A stretch of DNA of 64,000 nucleotides from Trichoplax adhaerens (taxonomy: Eukaryota; Animalia; Placozoa): positions 653,262-717,261 of the forward strand of contig NW_002060963.1 in NCBI RefSeq assembly GCF_000150275.1, given 5' to 3'. The notes beneath the pieces are model-generated. The model saw nothing but the letters and a program-made list of their open reading frames with translations. It searched no databases and was not told the DNA's origin. Shown here piece by piece: positions 63,727 to 64,000 of the stretch. A program made the translations under genes and the position numbers. Each line of letters starts with the position of its first letter. Within the stretch, counting starts at the first letter, position 1.

Positions 63727-64000
63727 CCAACGCATGGAACCAGAAGGTTAAAGTGATCCAACAGCAAGGGGGAAGGGTAAGCTGCATGCCACCATGTTGA
63801 ATGGCCAGGCGTGTGTCCAGAATACTACAGTATGTAAACAAATGGTCAAGTGTAGAGCATAGCATACAGTCAAGTGAGCACTTGTAGCTGGACTAGAATG
63901 CTGACTTGAGTATGAATCAGCAGAGGGGCCATGGCCTAGGGCGATTGACACGCCTACCCCGGCTCGCCACTCTGACCCATGACATGGGCAAGCCATCCCC

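Overview
AT-rich eukaryotic (animal) genomic DNA with compact, short-intron genes and one assembly gap (11953-12184). Gene content, base composition and intron size suggest a placozoan (Trichoplax-like); this is an inference, not shown by the sequence. Genes I could splice by hand: an M28B glutamate carboxypeptidase II/NAALADase-family peptidase (-), DLST (-, 3' end in the gap), BAZ1A/ACF1 (+), IGBP1/alpha4/TAP42 (-), PSMA3 (+) and ATG3 (+). The main find is a highly divergent gene of 20+ mostly short exons at ~44.3-57.5 kb (+), barely visible in the ORF track, which assembles into the full Janus kinase architecture: FERM, SH2-like, pseudokinase, kinase. Also present: tandem CLEAR (TFEB/MITF) motifs and a 5'-end duplication at the ATG3 promoter, two modular promoter-associated tandem repeat arrays, several perfect hairpins, and a candidate small secreted protein gene head-to-head with the JAK-like gene. 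All exon boundaries were derived manually from GT-AG sites and frame continuity; no database searches were run.
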